Positions 9,625 to 18,295 of a stretch of DNA of 31,956 nucleotides are shown piece by piece. Every line of letters begins with the position of its first letter. Within the stretch, counting starts at the first letter, position 1. The stretch comes from a virus. The position numbers were made by a program, and so were the translations under genes. The notes below the pieces were generated by a model. The model was given only the letters and a program-made list of their open reading frames with translations, was not told where the DNA came from and ran no database searches. The DNA is taken from IMG/VR virus record IMGVR_UViG_3300027836_000001; one strand, given 5' to 3'.

Positions 9625-9713
9625 TCACCCACTGAAAAGTACGCTAAGTACATGATAATTTAGTCGGGTGACTAAATATATTACACAAATACTCCTAAGG
9701 AGGGATGGCTACG

Positions 9714-10388
9714 ATGTCCGAAAATACATTGGCAACAGAACAAGCAACTGACGCTCAAGAAACAAGTCAGGAACAGGCAACTAAAACTTATACGCAAGCA
9801 GAGTTTGATAATCACATGGCAGGACTTAAAAACTCCATAGCCAAAAGATACGAGAAGCAATTCGCGGAACTAGGTGATTTAGAAGAACTTAAACAACTTA
9901 AGGCTCAATCCGAAAAGATCAAGCAAGAAGAAAGTTTAAAGCGTGGGGAATTTGAAAAGATTCTTCAAGAAAAGTTGTCCATAAAAGATCAAGAGATTGC
10001 GAGACGTGACTCTATGATTAGTGAATTTAAGATTGAAATGCCCTTAATTCAAGCCGCGAGTCAATTCAAAAGCGTGAATCCAGAGCAGGTCAAATCACTG
10101 TTGCGTAACAATGTAAAGTTAGTCAATGGTGAAGTTGAAGTAGTAGATGAAACCGGCCAGGTTCGTTATAGTGACGCAGGTAAACCCTTTACGCCACAAG
10201 AACTAGTTAAAGAATTCTTAGACAAGAATCCGCATTTTGTTCAAGCAACGCCATCTACAAGCAACGGAAAGAATTCAGTTAATCCCGGAGCCGTGCCAGG
10301 CAAACTCGATGTAACTACTCTGGATATGACTAAGCCAGAACACCGAGCCTTGTACAAGGAGTACAAGAAGGCTAACGGATTAAATTAA
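9714..10388 (+). CDS. Scaffolding protein.
   Basis: Highly charged, helical and coiled-coil-like (KQLKAQSEKIKQEESLKRGEFEKILQEKL), located between the portal and capsid genes. The ATG at 9714 has 10-nt spacing from GGAGG. The track start at 9705 is only 1 nt from the SD. Confidence 0.7.
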   Translation: MSENTLATEQATDAQETSQEQATKTYTQAEFDNHMAGLKNSIAKRYEKQFAELGDLEELKQLKAQSEKIKQEESLKRGEFEKILQEKLSIKDQEIARRDSMISEFKIEMPLIQAASQFKSVNPEQVKSLLRNNVKLVNGEVEVVDETGQVRYSDAGKPFTPQELVKEFLDKNPHFVQATPSTSNGKNSVNPGAVPGKLDVTTLDMTKPEHRALYKEYKKANGLN

Positions 10389-10406
10389 CTTAACTAAGGA
10401 ATTATT

Positions 10407-11249
10407 ATGTCAACTTCAACAACCACAACCCTAAACGACCTGTTACCATCAATCGTAGCAGAAGCGTTATTTGTAGCAAACGAGCGTTCAATCATGCGCG
10501 GTTTGGTACGCAACTATACTTTGGCACAAGGCCAAGGTAAAACTGTTACTGTTCCAACTTATCCAAAGTTGACAGCGGCTGCTTTAACAGAAGGCGACGC
10601 ACTAACAGCAACAGCAGTTTCAACTGGCTCAGCAGTATTGACTGTTTCTGAAGTAGGTCTTATGACTTCTATCAGCGACATGGCTATGATTGCCAGTGCT
10701 AGCAATGTAGTAAGCGATATCGGACGTTTGTTCGGTGAAGCAATTGCTCGTAAGATTGACCAAGACTTAGCAGGTAACTTTGCTAACTTCTCAACTGTAG
10801 TTGGTTCTAACACAACAGCCGCAACTGCCGCTAAATTGTTTGAAGCCATTGCTAAACTACGTGCTCAAGGTTACGACACAACTGGTGATTGCGCTATTGT
10901 GTTACACCCAGAAGTTGCGTATGACTTGAAGTCAAGCATTACTTCAACATTTGCCGCTCCTGCTTCTATGGTTGGTAACTCAGCATTAGAAAGCGGATAC
11001 GTTGGCTTGTTAGGTGGTGTTCCAGTTTATGAAACAAGTAACATTACTTCAACTACTGGCGACAGCATTGGTGGTTTGTTCCATCGTGACGCATTGGGTC
11101 TAGCACTCATGCAGGACATCAAGATTGAAACACAACGTCAAGCCGCATTACGTGGTTGGGATATCGTTGGTTCAGCAATCTACGGACACGGCGAACTACA
11201 AGACCTTGCTGGTGTAGCATTGAGTTTCGACTCTAGCATTGTTTCTTAA
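10407..11249 (+). CDS. Major capsid protein.
   Basis: 280 aa, with a strong SD, following the scaffold gene and followed by a strong terminator. Composition is A/S/T/G rich, as in HK97-fold coat proteins that lack a delta domain. Confidence 0.8.
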   Translation: MSTSTTTTLNDLLPSIVAEALFVANERSIMRGLVRNYTLAQGQGKTVTVPTYPKLTAAALTEGDALTATAVSTGSAVLTVSEVGLMTSISDMAMIASASNVVSDIGRLFGEAIARKIDQDLAGNFANFSTVVGSNTTAATAAKLFEAIAKLRAQGYDTTGDCAIVLHPEVAYDLKSSITSTFAAPASMVGNSALESGYVGLLGGVPVYETSNITSTTGDSIGGLFHRDALGLALMQDIKIETQRQAALRGWDIVGSAIYGHGELQDLAGVALSFDSSIVS

Positions 11250-11307
11250 TCTGCTATAACAGGTTAGACAACAAAGAATAGTTTTACTGACATTTAACTA
11301 CTCTGAC

Positions 11308-11340
11308 AAAGGACTGTTCAAAAGACAGTCCTTTCTTTTT
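11308..11340 (+). terminator. Rho-independent terminator after the capsid gene.
   Basis: A 10-bp stem (aaaggactgt / acagtccttt) with a 7-nt loop, followed by a ctttttt tract. Confidence 0.8.
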
Positions 11341-11430
11341 GACTATTATCAGTGGTATTTTCACCGGGTGGACTAAATACTATCATACCAAGAAGGACTT
11401 GGTATATTTCATACTACGGAGAAGGACTCT

Positions 11431-11865
11431 ATGTCATACGCAACCCTTGACGACTTGCTACAGGTCGAACCTACTATTACAGATTATGGTGTACTTGATT
11501 GGGATGCTGAACTAGCCCGTAGTGAAATAGAAGTAAACCGCATATTACAAGTCCGTTGGTTCCTAGCGTACCAAAAGACACAAGCCTCTAGCGTAACTTT
11601 TAACGCCGCGTTACTTACTGAAACCCAGTGGACGCAAGCCACCGTATACCACGCATTGGCTTTTCATATTTGCCCTAAACTATCCAAGTTTGAAACACAG
11701 GGCAACGAAGACAAATTCCAAGTAATGATGAACTATTATCAAGGCCGTTTCGAACATGAAATGGACCTTTGCTTACGCTTGGGTGTTGAATACGATGTTA
11801 ATGATAACAACACAGTAACAACTGCCGAAAAGCAATCATTACAAAGCCTAAAGTTGGTACGCTAA
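11431..11865 (+). CDS. Head-tail connector/adaptor protein.
   Basis: 144 aa, first gene after the capsid terminator, with an SD (ggagaagga). The call rests on position and size. Confidence 0.5.
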   Translation: MSYATLDDLLQVEPTITDYGVLDWDAELARSEIEVNRILQVRWFLAYQKTQASSVTFNAALLTETQWTQATVYHALAFHICPKLSKFETQGNEDKFQVMMNYYQGRFEHEMDLCLRLGVEYDVNDNNTVTTAEKQSLQSLKLVR

Positions 11866-12309
11866 ATGCCTAGCCTACGCGAACAAGTAGCCATTAACAC
11901 AGTTGATGTGCTGAAGGAAATAGATGATCCACATGTGGTATTAGTCACACGTGAGCCATTCGATGTTGAGAAGTTGGCCATTACACAATTTCCAGCATTG
12001 CTAGTACAACAAACTACAGAAGAACGTGAAACAATCACAATGGGTACCCCCGGTCAAGGACGCCGCAGAGGTGTTATGACTTTTGAGATCCGTGGATTTG
12101 TACGTGGAACAGAATTGGATAGCCGTCGCAACGAACTTATAGAGGCCGTAGAAAAACAATTAGACAGCGACCGCTACCGTGGACTATTGGCATCAGGAGT
12201 TACTGACAGTCAACTACGTACCATTGAAATTGTACCACGCTTACAACCACTTGCTGAGTTTGTCATGACCATTGAAGTGACTTACAATTACCTAAGAGGT
12301 ACACCATGA
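11866..12309 (+). CDS. Head-closure or tail-completion type neck protein.
   Basis: 147 aa, abutting the previous stop, in the neck-gene position. Confidence 0.45.
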   Translation: MPSLREQVAINTVDVLKEIDDPHVVLVTREPFDVEKLAITQFPALLVQQTTEERETITMGTPGQGRRRGVMTFEIRGFVRGTELDSRRNELIEAVEKQLDSDRYRGLLASGVTDSQLRTIEIVPRLQPLAEFVMTIEVTYNYLRGTP

Positions 12310-12500
12310 AGATTGAAGTAACCAAACATAACATGACACGTTGGTGCCAGGAAGCAGAATTAGATCTGCTGACCAGCGCCGGATGGGTCCAAAAAGAACA
12401 GCCTAAGCAAGACGTTATTCGTCCCAAGGCACCGGTGAAGTCTAAGGCGACCGTAACAGCCGTAGAAGAAGCCAATATTAATATACAAGGAGACGAATAA
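12306..12500 (+). CDS. Small hypothetical protein (64 aa) in the neck/tail module.
   Basis: Coupled to its neighbours by an ATGA overlap upstream and a TAATG overlap downstream. Confidence 0.5.
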   Translation: MKIEVTKHNMTRWCQEAELDLLTSAGWVQKEQPKQDVIRPKAPVKSKATVTAVEEANINIQGDE

Positions 12501-12925
12501 TGGCCATTTTAACAGGTAACAATGGTGTCTTGAAATTAGACGCATCAGTAGGTGGAGCAGTTGCTACAATCGCAGCCGTACGTAACTTTTCAATCGAATT
12601 AACAAGCGATACAATCGAAACTAGTACAATGGGTGTTGATGTACGCACATACGTAAAAGGTATGAGTTCATGGTCAGGTTCTGCGGACATTTATTATGAT
12701 CCAGCAAGTTCAACAGGCCACTTGGCAGTACACACAGTATTGAACCCAACAAGCGGTACCGTGGGATCAGGTACATTAACATTTGAAGGCTACCTTGCTG
12801 ACACAGCAGGTAAGTTCTCAGGTGAAGTTATTGTAACTGGATTCACAGTAAACAGCGCAATGGACGGAATGGTAGAAGCATCTATCAGTTTCCAAGGTTC
12901 AGGCGCTTGTGCTTACACAGCCTAA
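12500..12925 (+). CDS. Major tail (tube) protein, paralog 1.
   Basis: 141 aa. The motifs LTGNNG...AAVRNFSIE.T.DTIETS.MG.DVRTYV.GMSS.SGSAD and ...VIVTG.TVNS..DG.VEASISFQG.G are shared with the next ORF. It lies upstream of the chaperone and tape measure genes. Confidence 0.75.
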   Translation: MAILTGNNGVLKLDASVGGAVATIAAVRNFSIELTSDTIETSTMGVDVRTYVKGMSSWSGSADIYYDPASSTGHLAVHTVLNPTSGTVGSGTLTFEGYLADTAGKFSGEVIVTGFTVNSAMDGMVEASISFQGSGACAYTA

Positions 12926-12939
12926 CTTAGGAGACGATG

Positions 12940-13362
12940 ATGGCAACCTTAACAGGAAATAACGGCGCGATTACTTTAAACGGTAATAACGTAGCCGCAG
13001 TTAGAAATTTCTCAATCGAAATGACTGCTGACACAATTGAAACAAGCGTAATGGGTACTGATGTACGCACTTACGTATCAGGCATGAGTTCATTCAGCGG
13101 TAGTGCTGATGTGTACTTTGATGCCGCTGACTTTGACACTTATGAAACTACTTTTAATCCAACAACTGGATTAGTTGGAGCCGCAGGTGTTGCTGTCAAG
13201 TTCTACATTGAGCAAAACTATGCTAGTACTAGTGACTATGCCTTTACTGGCAATGTCATCGTTACTGGTTATACAGTTAATAGTTCATTAGATGGTTTGG
13301 TAGAAGCGTCGATCAGTTTCCAAGGAACTGGTTCAGCGGCTTATAGCACAACAGCAGTTTAA
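12940..13362 (+). CDS. Major tail (tube) protein, paralog 2.
   Basis: The N- and C-terminal thirds are clearly homologous to 12500-12925, while the middle third diverges. The ATG at 12940 has better SD spacing than 12937 and gives MATLTGNNG, which parallels MAILTGNNG in paralog 1. Confidence 0.75.
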   Translation: MATLTGNNGAITLNGNNVAAVRNFSIEMTADTIETSVMGTDVRTYVSGMSSFSGSADVYFDAADFDTYETTFNPTTGLVGAAGVAVKFYIEQNYASTSDYAFTGNVIVTGYTVNSSLDGLVEASISFQGTGSAAYSTTAV

Positions 13363-13368
13363 TAGTTC

Positions 13369-13683
13369 ATGCTAAAAGTTGATTTTATTGGTCAGCAAGG
13401 TCTTAAAGGGGCCTTGCGAAACCAACTAAGGAGCGAAGTCAAGCGATTAGCCGATACTGTGTTTGCGGAGGTAAAACAGCGTACTCCAATTAAAACAGGG
13501 CGGGCGAAAGCAGGGTGGACAAAACAAGTTCAAGATGTTAATTTTAACATTGAGAATAAAGTTCCGTATATCGGAGTCTTAGATAAAGGGCGCCATATGA
13601 CACCCCAAGGTATGCGTGGTAGTAAACAAGCACCTAAAGGTATCGTTGGACCTAGTTTAGAATCAATTAAAAGGAAGAATTAA
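13369..13683 (+). CDS. HK97 gp10-like neck/tail-attachment protein.
   Basis: 104 aa with TPIKTGRAKAGWT, resembling the TP.dTG.l..sw signature of the HK97 gp10 family. Confidence 0.55.
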   Translation: MLKVDFIGQQGLKGALRNQLRSEVKRLADTVFAEVKQRTPIKTGRAKAGWTKQVQDVNFNIENKVPYIGVLDKGRHMTPQGMRGSKQAPKGIVGPSLESIKRKN

Positions 13684-14034
13684 ATGAGTAAAGTATTAGA
13701 TAAAGCAACAGCACATTTTCGTACACGCATTGGTGGCGAGATGAAAAAGATTTCAGTACCTGAGTGGGAATGCGATGTGTATTTCAAAGCCAGTACTAAC
13801 CTAAGAGAACAGGCTAAACTTATTGAATTAAGCCAACAAGGCAAGACTGTTGAAGCATTGGTAGAAAACTTAATCATCAAAGCACGTAATGAAGATGGTA
13901 CAAAGATGTTCAACATGCCAGATAAGATGATCCTTATGAATGAAGTTGATCCAAGTATCATAATCCGCGTTGTTGCTGAAATGAATGATGTAAGTGCTGA
14001 AGACTACGATCAGGAAGCAGTAGAAAAAAACTAA
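13684..14034 (+). CDS. Tail assembly chaperone (G-like, zero-frame product).
   Basis: 116 aa, acidic, immediately upstream of the tape measure gene. It ends in the slippery site A_AAA_AAC. Confidence 0.75.
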   Translation: MSKVLDKATAHFRTRIGGEMKKISVPEWECDVYFKASTNLREQAKLIELSQQGKTVEALVENLIIKARNEDGTKMFNMPDKMILMNEVDPSIIIRVVAEMNDVSAEDYDQEAVEKN

Positions 14035-14201
14035 AAGCAGACTCTGATCTGATGTTTGCCTATAGACTGGCAAAGGATTTGGGTCTGCTAGTAGAACAAG
14101 TACTGGAAATGTCGCAAGCAGAGTTCGCAGGCTGGGCGGCATTTTATAAGTTTGAAGCAGAAGAACATAAAAAAGCGATGAGCAAAGCAAGGAGCAGATA
14201 G
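13684..14201 (+). CDS. Tail assembly chaperone GT-like fusion product, made by a -1 frameshift at 14025-14031.
   Basis: The -1 frame reads KKLKADSDLMFAYRLAKDLGLLVEQVLEMSQAEFAGWAAFYKFEAEEHKKAMSKARSR. Its stop overlaps the tape measure GTG start. An independent annotation would call this segment a separate 49-aa ORF at 14052-14201. Confidence 0.65.
14025..14031 (+). promoter_or_regulatory. -1 programmed ribosomal frameshift slippery heptamer A_AAA_AAC.
   Basis: The zero-frame codons are GAA AAA AAC TAA. After a -1 slip the frame stays open for about 56 more codons to the TAG at 14199-14201. Confidence 0.7.
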
Positions 14202-16477
14202 TGGCAACACAAGAAACTACAATTAAGGTCACGGCGGATACAAGGCAAGCCGAACGTGCTCTTGGTGGATTACATGACCAATTATTAAACCTTGGCAAAG
14301 TTGTTGTTGCTGGTGCCCTTGCCGCTGAGTTCACAAAAATTGCTAACCAAATTGATGCTCTTAACAAAGCAAGTCAAAAGTTTGGCGTTAGTGCCGCAGG
14401 CTTTGATGCGCTAGCCAAGAGTGCTGACCTTGCTGGTATAAGTTTTGATGAGTTAACAGCAGGCTTACAAAAGTTACAGCAAAACATTGGTGACGCATTA
14501 CTTAAAAACACAGGCCCAGCCGCTGCCGCGCTTGGCATGTTGGGTCTTAAGGCCGCTGAGATTGCTAACTTACCTGCGGACCAACAGTTAAAGAAGATCA
14601 GTGAAGCACTTAAAGGTATTGAGAATCCAGCCTTACGTGCGGCCATTGCTGTAGATATTCTAGGCAAGCAAGGCGCTAAATTACTCAAGGCCGCTGACGA
14701 AGCACAACGCCTTGAAGAAAGATTTAAAAAGTTAGGCATTGCCCTAAGCGATGTTGATACTCAAGGTGTAGAAAATGCCTTGGATAAACTAACTGAGATT
14801 AAACAAATCATAGAAGGCGGAATTGCCAAAGCCGTTGCTAACCTAGCACCTTACATTGAAACTGCCGCTAATGCCATAATCAAGTTTATAGAACTATGGG
14901 GTGGCCCATTAGTCACAGCACTAGGTGCGGCAACCCGTGCGGCTATTACATTCTTTGCTGTCATCATGGCGGCTAAGGTTGCTACAGCCATACAGGCTAT
15001 TGTTACAGGCTTTGTTGCTGTAGTTGCCAGTTTGCGTGCCGCTGGCGGAGCAGCCGCTGCCTTTAACTTGATTGTTGGTGCCAACCCAATCGTGCGTGTT
15101 GCTACTATTTTGGCAACTATTGTAGGCTTATTTGGTGGGCCATTGTTAACAGCCGCTATGGACTTTTTGGGTATTACAGATGCTGTGGCCAAAACCGAAG
15201 CCGAAACCAAAAAACAAGTTGAGGCTCGTGTAAACCTAAGTAAACAAGATGCTGAAGCCGCTCGTGTTGCTATGGCAATCAAGCAGTTACAATTAGACTT
15301 AGAAGAAAACATTGTTCCAGCATTAGAAGAACAAGTCCGTTTGATGGCTATCAAGAATCAATACGGTGAAGCGTCATACGAAACAGAAAAGGCAATAGGC
15401 GAAGCCGCTAAGAAATATAATATTTCATTAGAGCAAGCACGTAATTTAGTACAATCCAAAATTGCTGGACTTAATCAACAATTAGTTTTACAAAATAAAA
15501 TCAATGCGGCAGTTAACGCTGGCTTATCTGAAATAGATGCCCCAAGCGGTTATGACCTTGGTGGAGCAATGAAGGCTGAAAAAGACCTAGCACTTACTAG
15601 ACAGTCCGGCAATCAAATGGCCATCTTAGGTAACCAAGTGCGCTTGAATAAAGAAATTGCCGCTTATGCTGCCAAGGTTAATGAAGAATATGGCCTCCGT
15701 TCGGAATACGATAAAAAGATTTCAGTCTTAAATGATTACCAAGCAATGCTAACCAGAAATGGTTATAGCCGAGACAGTGAAGAATACAAAGCATATTTGT
15801 TTGCTAAAGAAACTGCTTTTGCTGAACACGTTACTAAGTTAGTAGAAATGGACCGCAAGCGTATTGAAGACGCACGGTTTATGGAATTACAAGGCCAAGG
15901 TGCTAGCATCATGGGTTACGATGCTAAGAAAGCAGCCGCAAAAACATACGCTGACTTTGAAATGAAGTCCTCGTATGAAAAGAATCAATTATTGGTTGAA
16001 GCCAGCGCACAAATGTTTTCAGCGTTAGGCACACAAAATAAGAAAGCATTTGAAGCGGCTAAAGCATTAAACATTGCTAACGCATTGATGAGTACTTATG
16101 CGGCTGTTACCAAAGCATTAGCCGCTTACCCATTCCCATTCAGCCTAGGTTTCGCTGGAGCCGCATTGGCAATGGGTATGGCTCAAGTGGCCGCAATCCG
16201 TGGGCAGACATATAGTGGTAGAGCATTGGGTGGACCTGTTATGGGTGGTAATCCATACGTAGTAGGTGAAAGTGGCCCAGAACTATTTGTGCCACAAGGT
16301 ACAGGATCAATTGTACGTAACGGTGATTTAGGTGGCGGGGGTGGTGCTACAATCAATTTCAATATTCAAGCCAATGACTCGCAAGGCTTTGATGATTTAC
16401 TAGTACAACGTCGTGGCATGATTACCCAATTTGTACGAGACGCCATGCAGGAAAATGGACAAAGGAGTAGAATGTAA
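14201..16477 (+). CDS. Tape measure protein.
   Basis: 758 aa with a GTG start 6 nt after AAGGAG. It has helical, A-rich regions and a central hydrophobic block. The C-terminal GGPVMGGNPYVVGESGPELFVP motif is typical of tape measure proteins. Confidence 0.9.
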   Translation: MATQETTIKVTADTRQAERALGGLHDQLLNLGKVVVAGALAAEFTKIANQIDALNKASQKFGVSAAGFDALAKSADLAGISFDELTAGLQKLQQNIGDALLKNTGPAAAALGMLGLKAAEIANLPADQQLKKISEALKGIENPALRAAIAVDILGKQGAKLLKAADEAQRLEERFKKLGIALSDVDTQGVENALDKLTEIKQIIEGGIAKAVANLAPYIETAANAIIKFIELWGGPLVTALGAATRAAITFFAVIMAAKVATAIQAIVTGFVAVVASLRAAGGAAAAFNLIVGANPIVRVATILATIVGLFGGPLLTAAMDFLGITDAVAKTEAETKKQVEARVNLSKQDAEAARVAMAIKQLQLDLEENIVPALEEQVRLMAIKNQYGEASYETEKAIGEAAKKYNISLEQARNLVQSKIAGLNQQLVLQNKINAAVNAGLSEIDAPSGYDLGGAMKAEKDLALTRQSGNQMAILGNQVRLNKEIAAYAAKVNEEYGLRSEYDKKISVLNDYQAMLTRNGYSRDSEEYKAYLFAKETAFAEHVTKLVEMDRKRIEDARFMELQGQGASIMGYDAKKAAAKTYADFEMKSSYEKNQLLVEASAQMFSALGTQNKKAFEAAKALNIANALMSTYAAVTKALAAYPFPFSLGFAGAALAMGMAQVAAIRGQTYSGRALGGPVMGGNPYVVGESGPELFVPQGTGSIVRNGDLGGGGGATINFNIQANDSQGFDDLLVQRRGMITQFVRDAMQENGQRSRM

Positions 16478-17070
16478 TGAGTGGAACCTTTCCATCATCA
16501 GTAAGTTTTCAAACTGTTAATTTTAAAATTAACACACCAACGCTGAAAACTGAAACAACCAGTGGTAAAACACGCCGTGTTGGTATGGGCCATAGTTTTT
16601 ATACCTTTGGTGTAAAGATGCCTAACATGACTCGCACAGAAGCAGGTCCTATACTGGGCTTTGTTGCCCAACAGTACGGAGCATTGGAATCATTCCAAAT
16701 TGTCTTGCCAGAAATATCATATACTAAAGTGGGAGACCAAACTACTACAACAGTAACAACCAGCGCCAGCGTACTAGCAGGTGTAGATCAAGTTGCTGTT
16801 ACAGGAGTTGCTAGTGGCAAGAACTTGTTACGTGCTGGTGACTACTTTAAGTTTGCCAATCACAGCAAAGTCTACATGTGTACTGTAACTTGGACCAGTG
16901 GCAATCCACTTTATTTCAGCGGTAGTTTAGTTGCTGATGTTCCAAGTGGCACACAGATTGTTTATAACGCTGTACCATTTACAGTTATCCTAGATGGTGA
17001 TATACAGCAATATGAAACAGGCATTGGTGGCATTACTACCATGAGCCTAGAAATGCGAGAAACTTGGTAA
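16477..17070 (+). CDS. Distal tail protein (lambda gpM / GTA g12 position).
   Basis: 197 aa, TAATG-coupled to the tape measure gene. The call rests on gene order. Confidence 0.6.
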   Translation: MSGTFPSSVSFQTVNFKINTPTLKTETTSGKTRRVGMGHSFYTFGVKMPNMTRTEAGPILGFVAQQYGALESFQIVLPEISYTKVGDQTTTTVTTSASVLAGVDQVAVTGVASGKNLLRAGDYFKFANHSKVYMCTVTWTSGNPLYFSGSLVADVPSGTQIVYNAVPFTVILDGDIQQYETGIGGITTMSLEMRETW

Positions 17071-17831
17071 TGAAAATATTTGCTACATTATGGGCCACAG
17101 GCACAGCATTTATTGTTGACCAAGCAGTCAACTACAATGGTATTGCTTACATTTGTACAACAGCGCATACCGCTGGTGCGTCATTTGACAGTGCCAAGTT
17201 TGCGTTATTAAATCCAGTAACAGATGATTACTACCATCCAGTGCGTGATAGTTTTTATCGCGAAAACTTCTTTGCTGTGGATGTTGTTTATATTGGTTTA
17301 CCAGATGCTACAGGAACAATTACAGAAAGTTCTGTATTGCGATTATGTAATGGTGGTATTAATGTTACTGTGCCAGATGCGTTTGGCATTGATCACACTT
17401 ATACCGCTCAAGGCGACTTTATTGGCTTTAGCACAATTACAGAAGAGTTTGATGTTAAGGTTGGTAAGTTTACTATAAGTCTTAGTGGCCTATCCAGTGG
17501 CATGGTGGATCGTTTCTTAAGTAAAGACTTTGAAGGCGCACAAGTACAAGTAGGTAAGGCATTTTTAGATTACCAAACTTTACAGCCTATTGAAGATAAA
17601 GTCTATATCATGTTTGATGGTATTGTCTATAATGTAAGTATTACTGAAAGCGCAGTGACTTGTACAATCAGTGTCGATTGTTCAACACTCTGGGCTGACT
17701 TTGATAGAAAGAATGGACGCATGACTAACAACAATAGCAACTGGGTATTCCAACTAGGTAACAAAAGCGATACTTGCTTTAGTAAAGCCAGTACAGTAGG
17801 CACACAAGAATTTAAATGGGGCAGAGCATGA
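17070..17831 (+). CDS. Minor tail/hub protein (lambda gpL / DUF2163 position) with an N-terminal CBM5/12-like motif.
   Basis: The ATG overlaps the upstream TAA; the track start at 17064 is a TTG. LWATGTAFIVDQAVNYNGIAYICTTAHTAG aligns by eye with the chitin-binding W..TAY..G..V.YNG..Y.C...HT motif. The rest resembles L-like proteins (TYTAQGDFIGFSTITEE). Confidence 0.6.
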   Translation: MKIFATLWATGTAFIVDQAVNYNGIAYICTTAHTAGASFDSAKFALLNPVTDDYYHPVRDSFYRENFFAVDVVYIGLPDATGTITESSVLRLCNGGINVTVPDAFGIDHTYTAQGDFIGFSTITEEFDVKVGKFTISLSGLSSGMVDRFLSKDFEGAQVQVGKAFLDYQTLQPIEDKVYIMFDGIVYNVSITESAVTCTISVDCSTLWADFDRKNGRMTNNNSNWVFQLGNKSDTCFSKASTVGTQEFKWGRA

Positions 17832-18295
17832 TAGTACGCAAGATGCTGCCACATGAGTTTGACTCAACTATTATTTGTTTTAACTACTACAGAGATGAAG
17901 CCATTGAAGCCATTCCTCGCATAGCAGACGAATACGATGAAGACTCAATGATCGAAACTATTCGCCTTTATGCTACAAACTATGAATACATTTGGTTTAA
18001 TGCTTATGAAGGCCAGCGTGTAGTTGGATTTATTGGCGGATATCTTTCAACAAATCCATGGAACAAACAATTAGTCACAGCCAATGTGGCATTTGTATTT
18101 TTACATGAAAATCAACGCACACTTGAAAACTTCAAGATGTTGTTGAATCAATTTACAGAATGGGCACGTACATGCCACGCAGTAGAAATCACAGCCGGTG
18201 ACATAGGCATTGACATTGAACGCAGACAACGCTTGTACGAACACTTTGGATTCAAACCAATCCTAATGATGACTAAGGAATTAAACAATGAGTAA
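17828..18295 (+). CDS. GNAT-like acetyltransferase-fold protein in the slot usually occupied by the gpK/NlpC-P60 peptidase.
   Basis: GQRVVGFIGGY, ANVAFVFLHENQRTLENFKMLLNQFTEWAR and the C-terminal RQRLYEHFGFKP resemble GNAT beta4-alphaC and the ...Y...GF motif. There is no canonical Q/RxxGxG/A. The start may be 17816 or the ATGA-coupled 17828. Confidence 0.45.
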   Translation: MIVRKMLPHEFDSTIICFNYYRDEAIEAIPRIADEYDEDSMIETIRLYATNYEYIWFNAYEGQRVVGFIGGYLSTNPWNKQLVTANVAFVFLHENQRTLENFKMLLNQFTEWARTCHAVEITAGDIGIDIERRQRLYEHFGFKPILMMTKELNNE

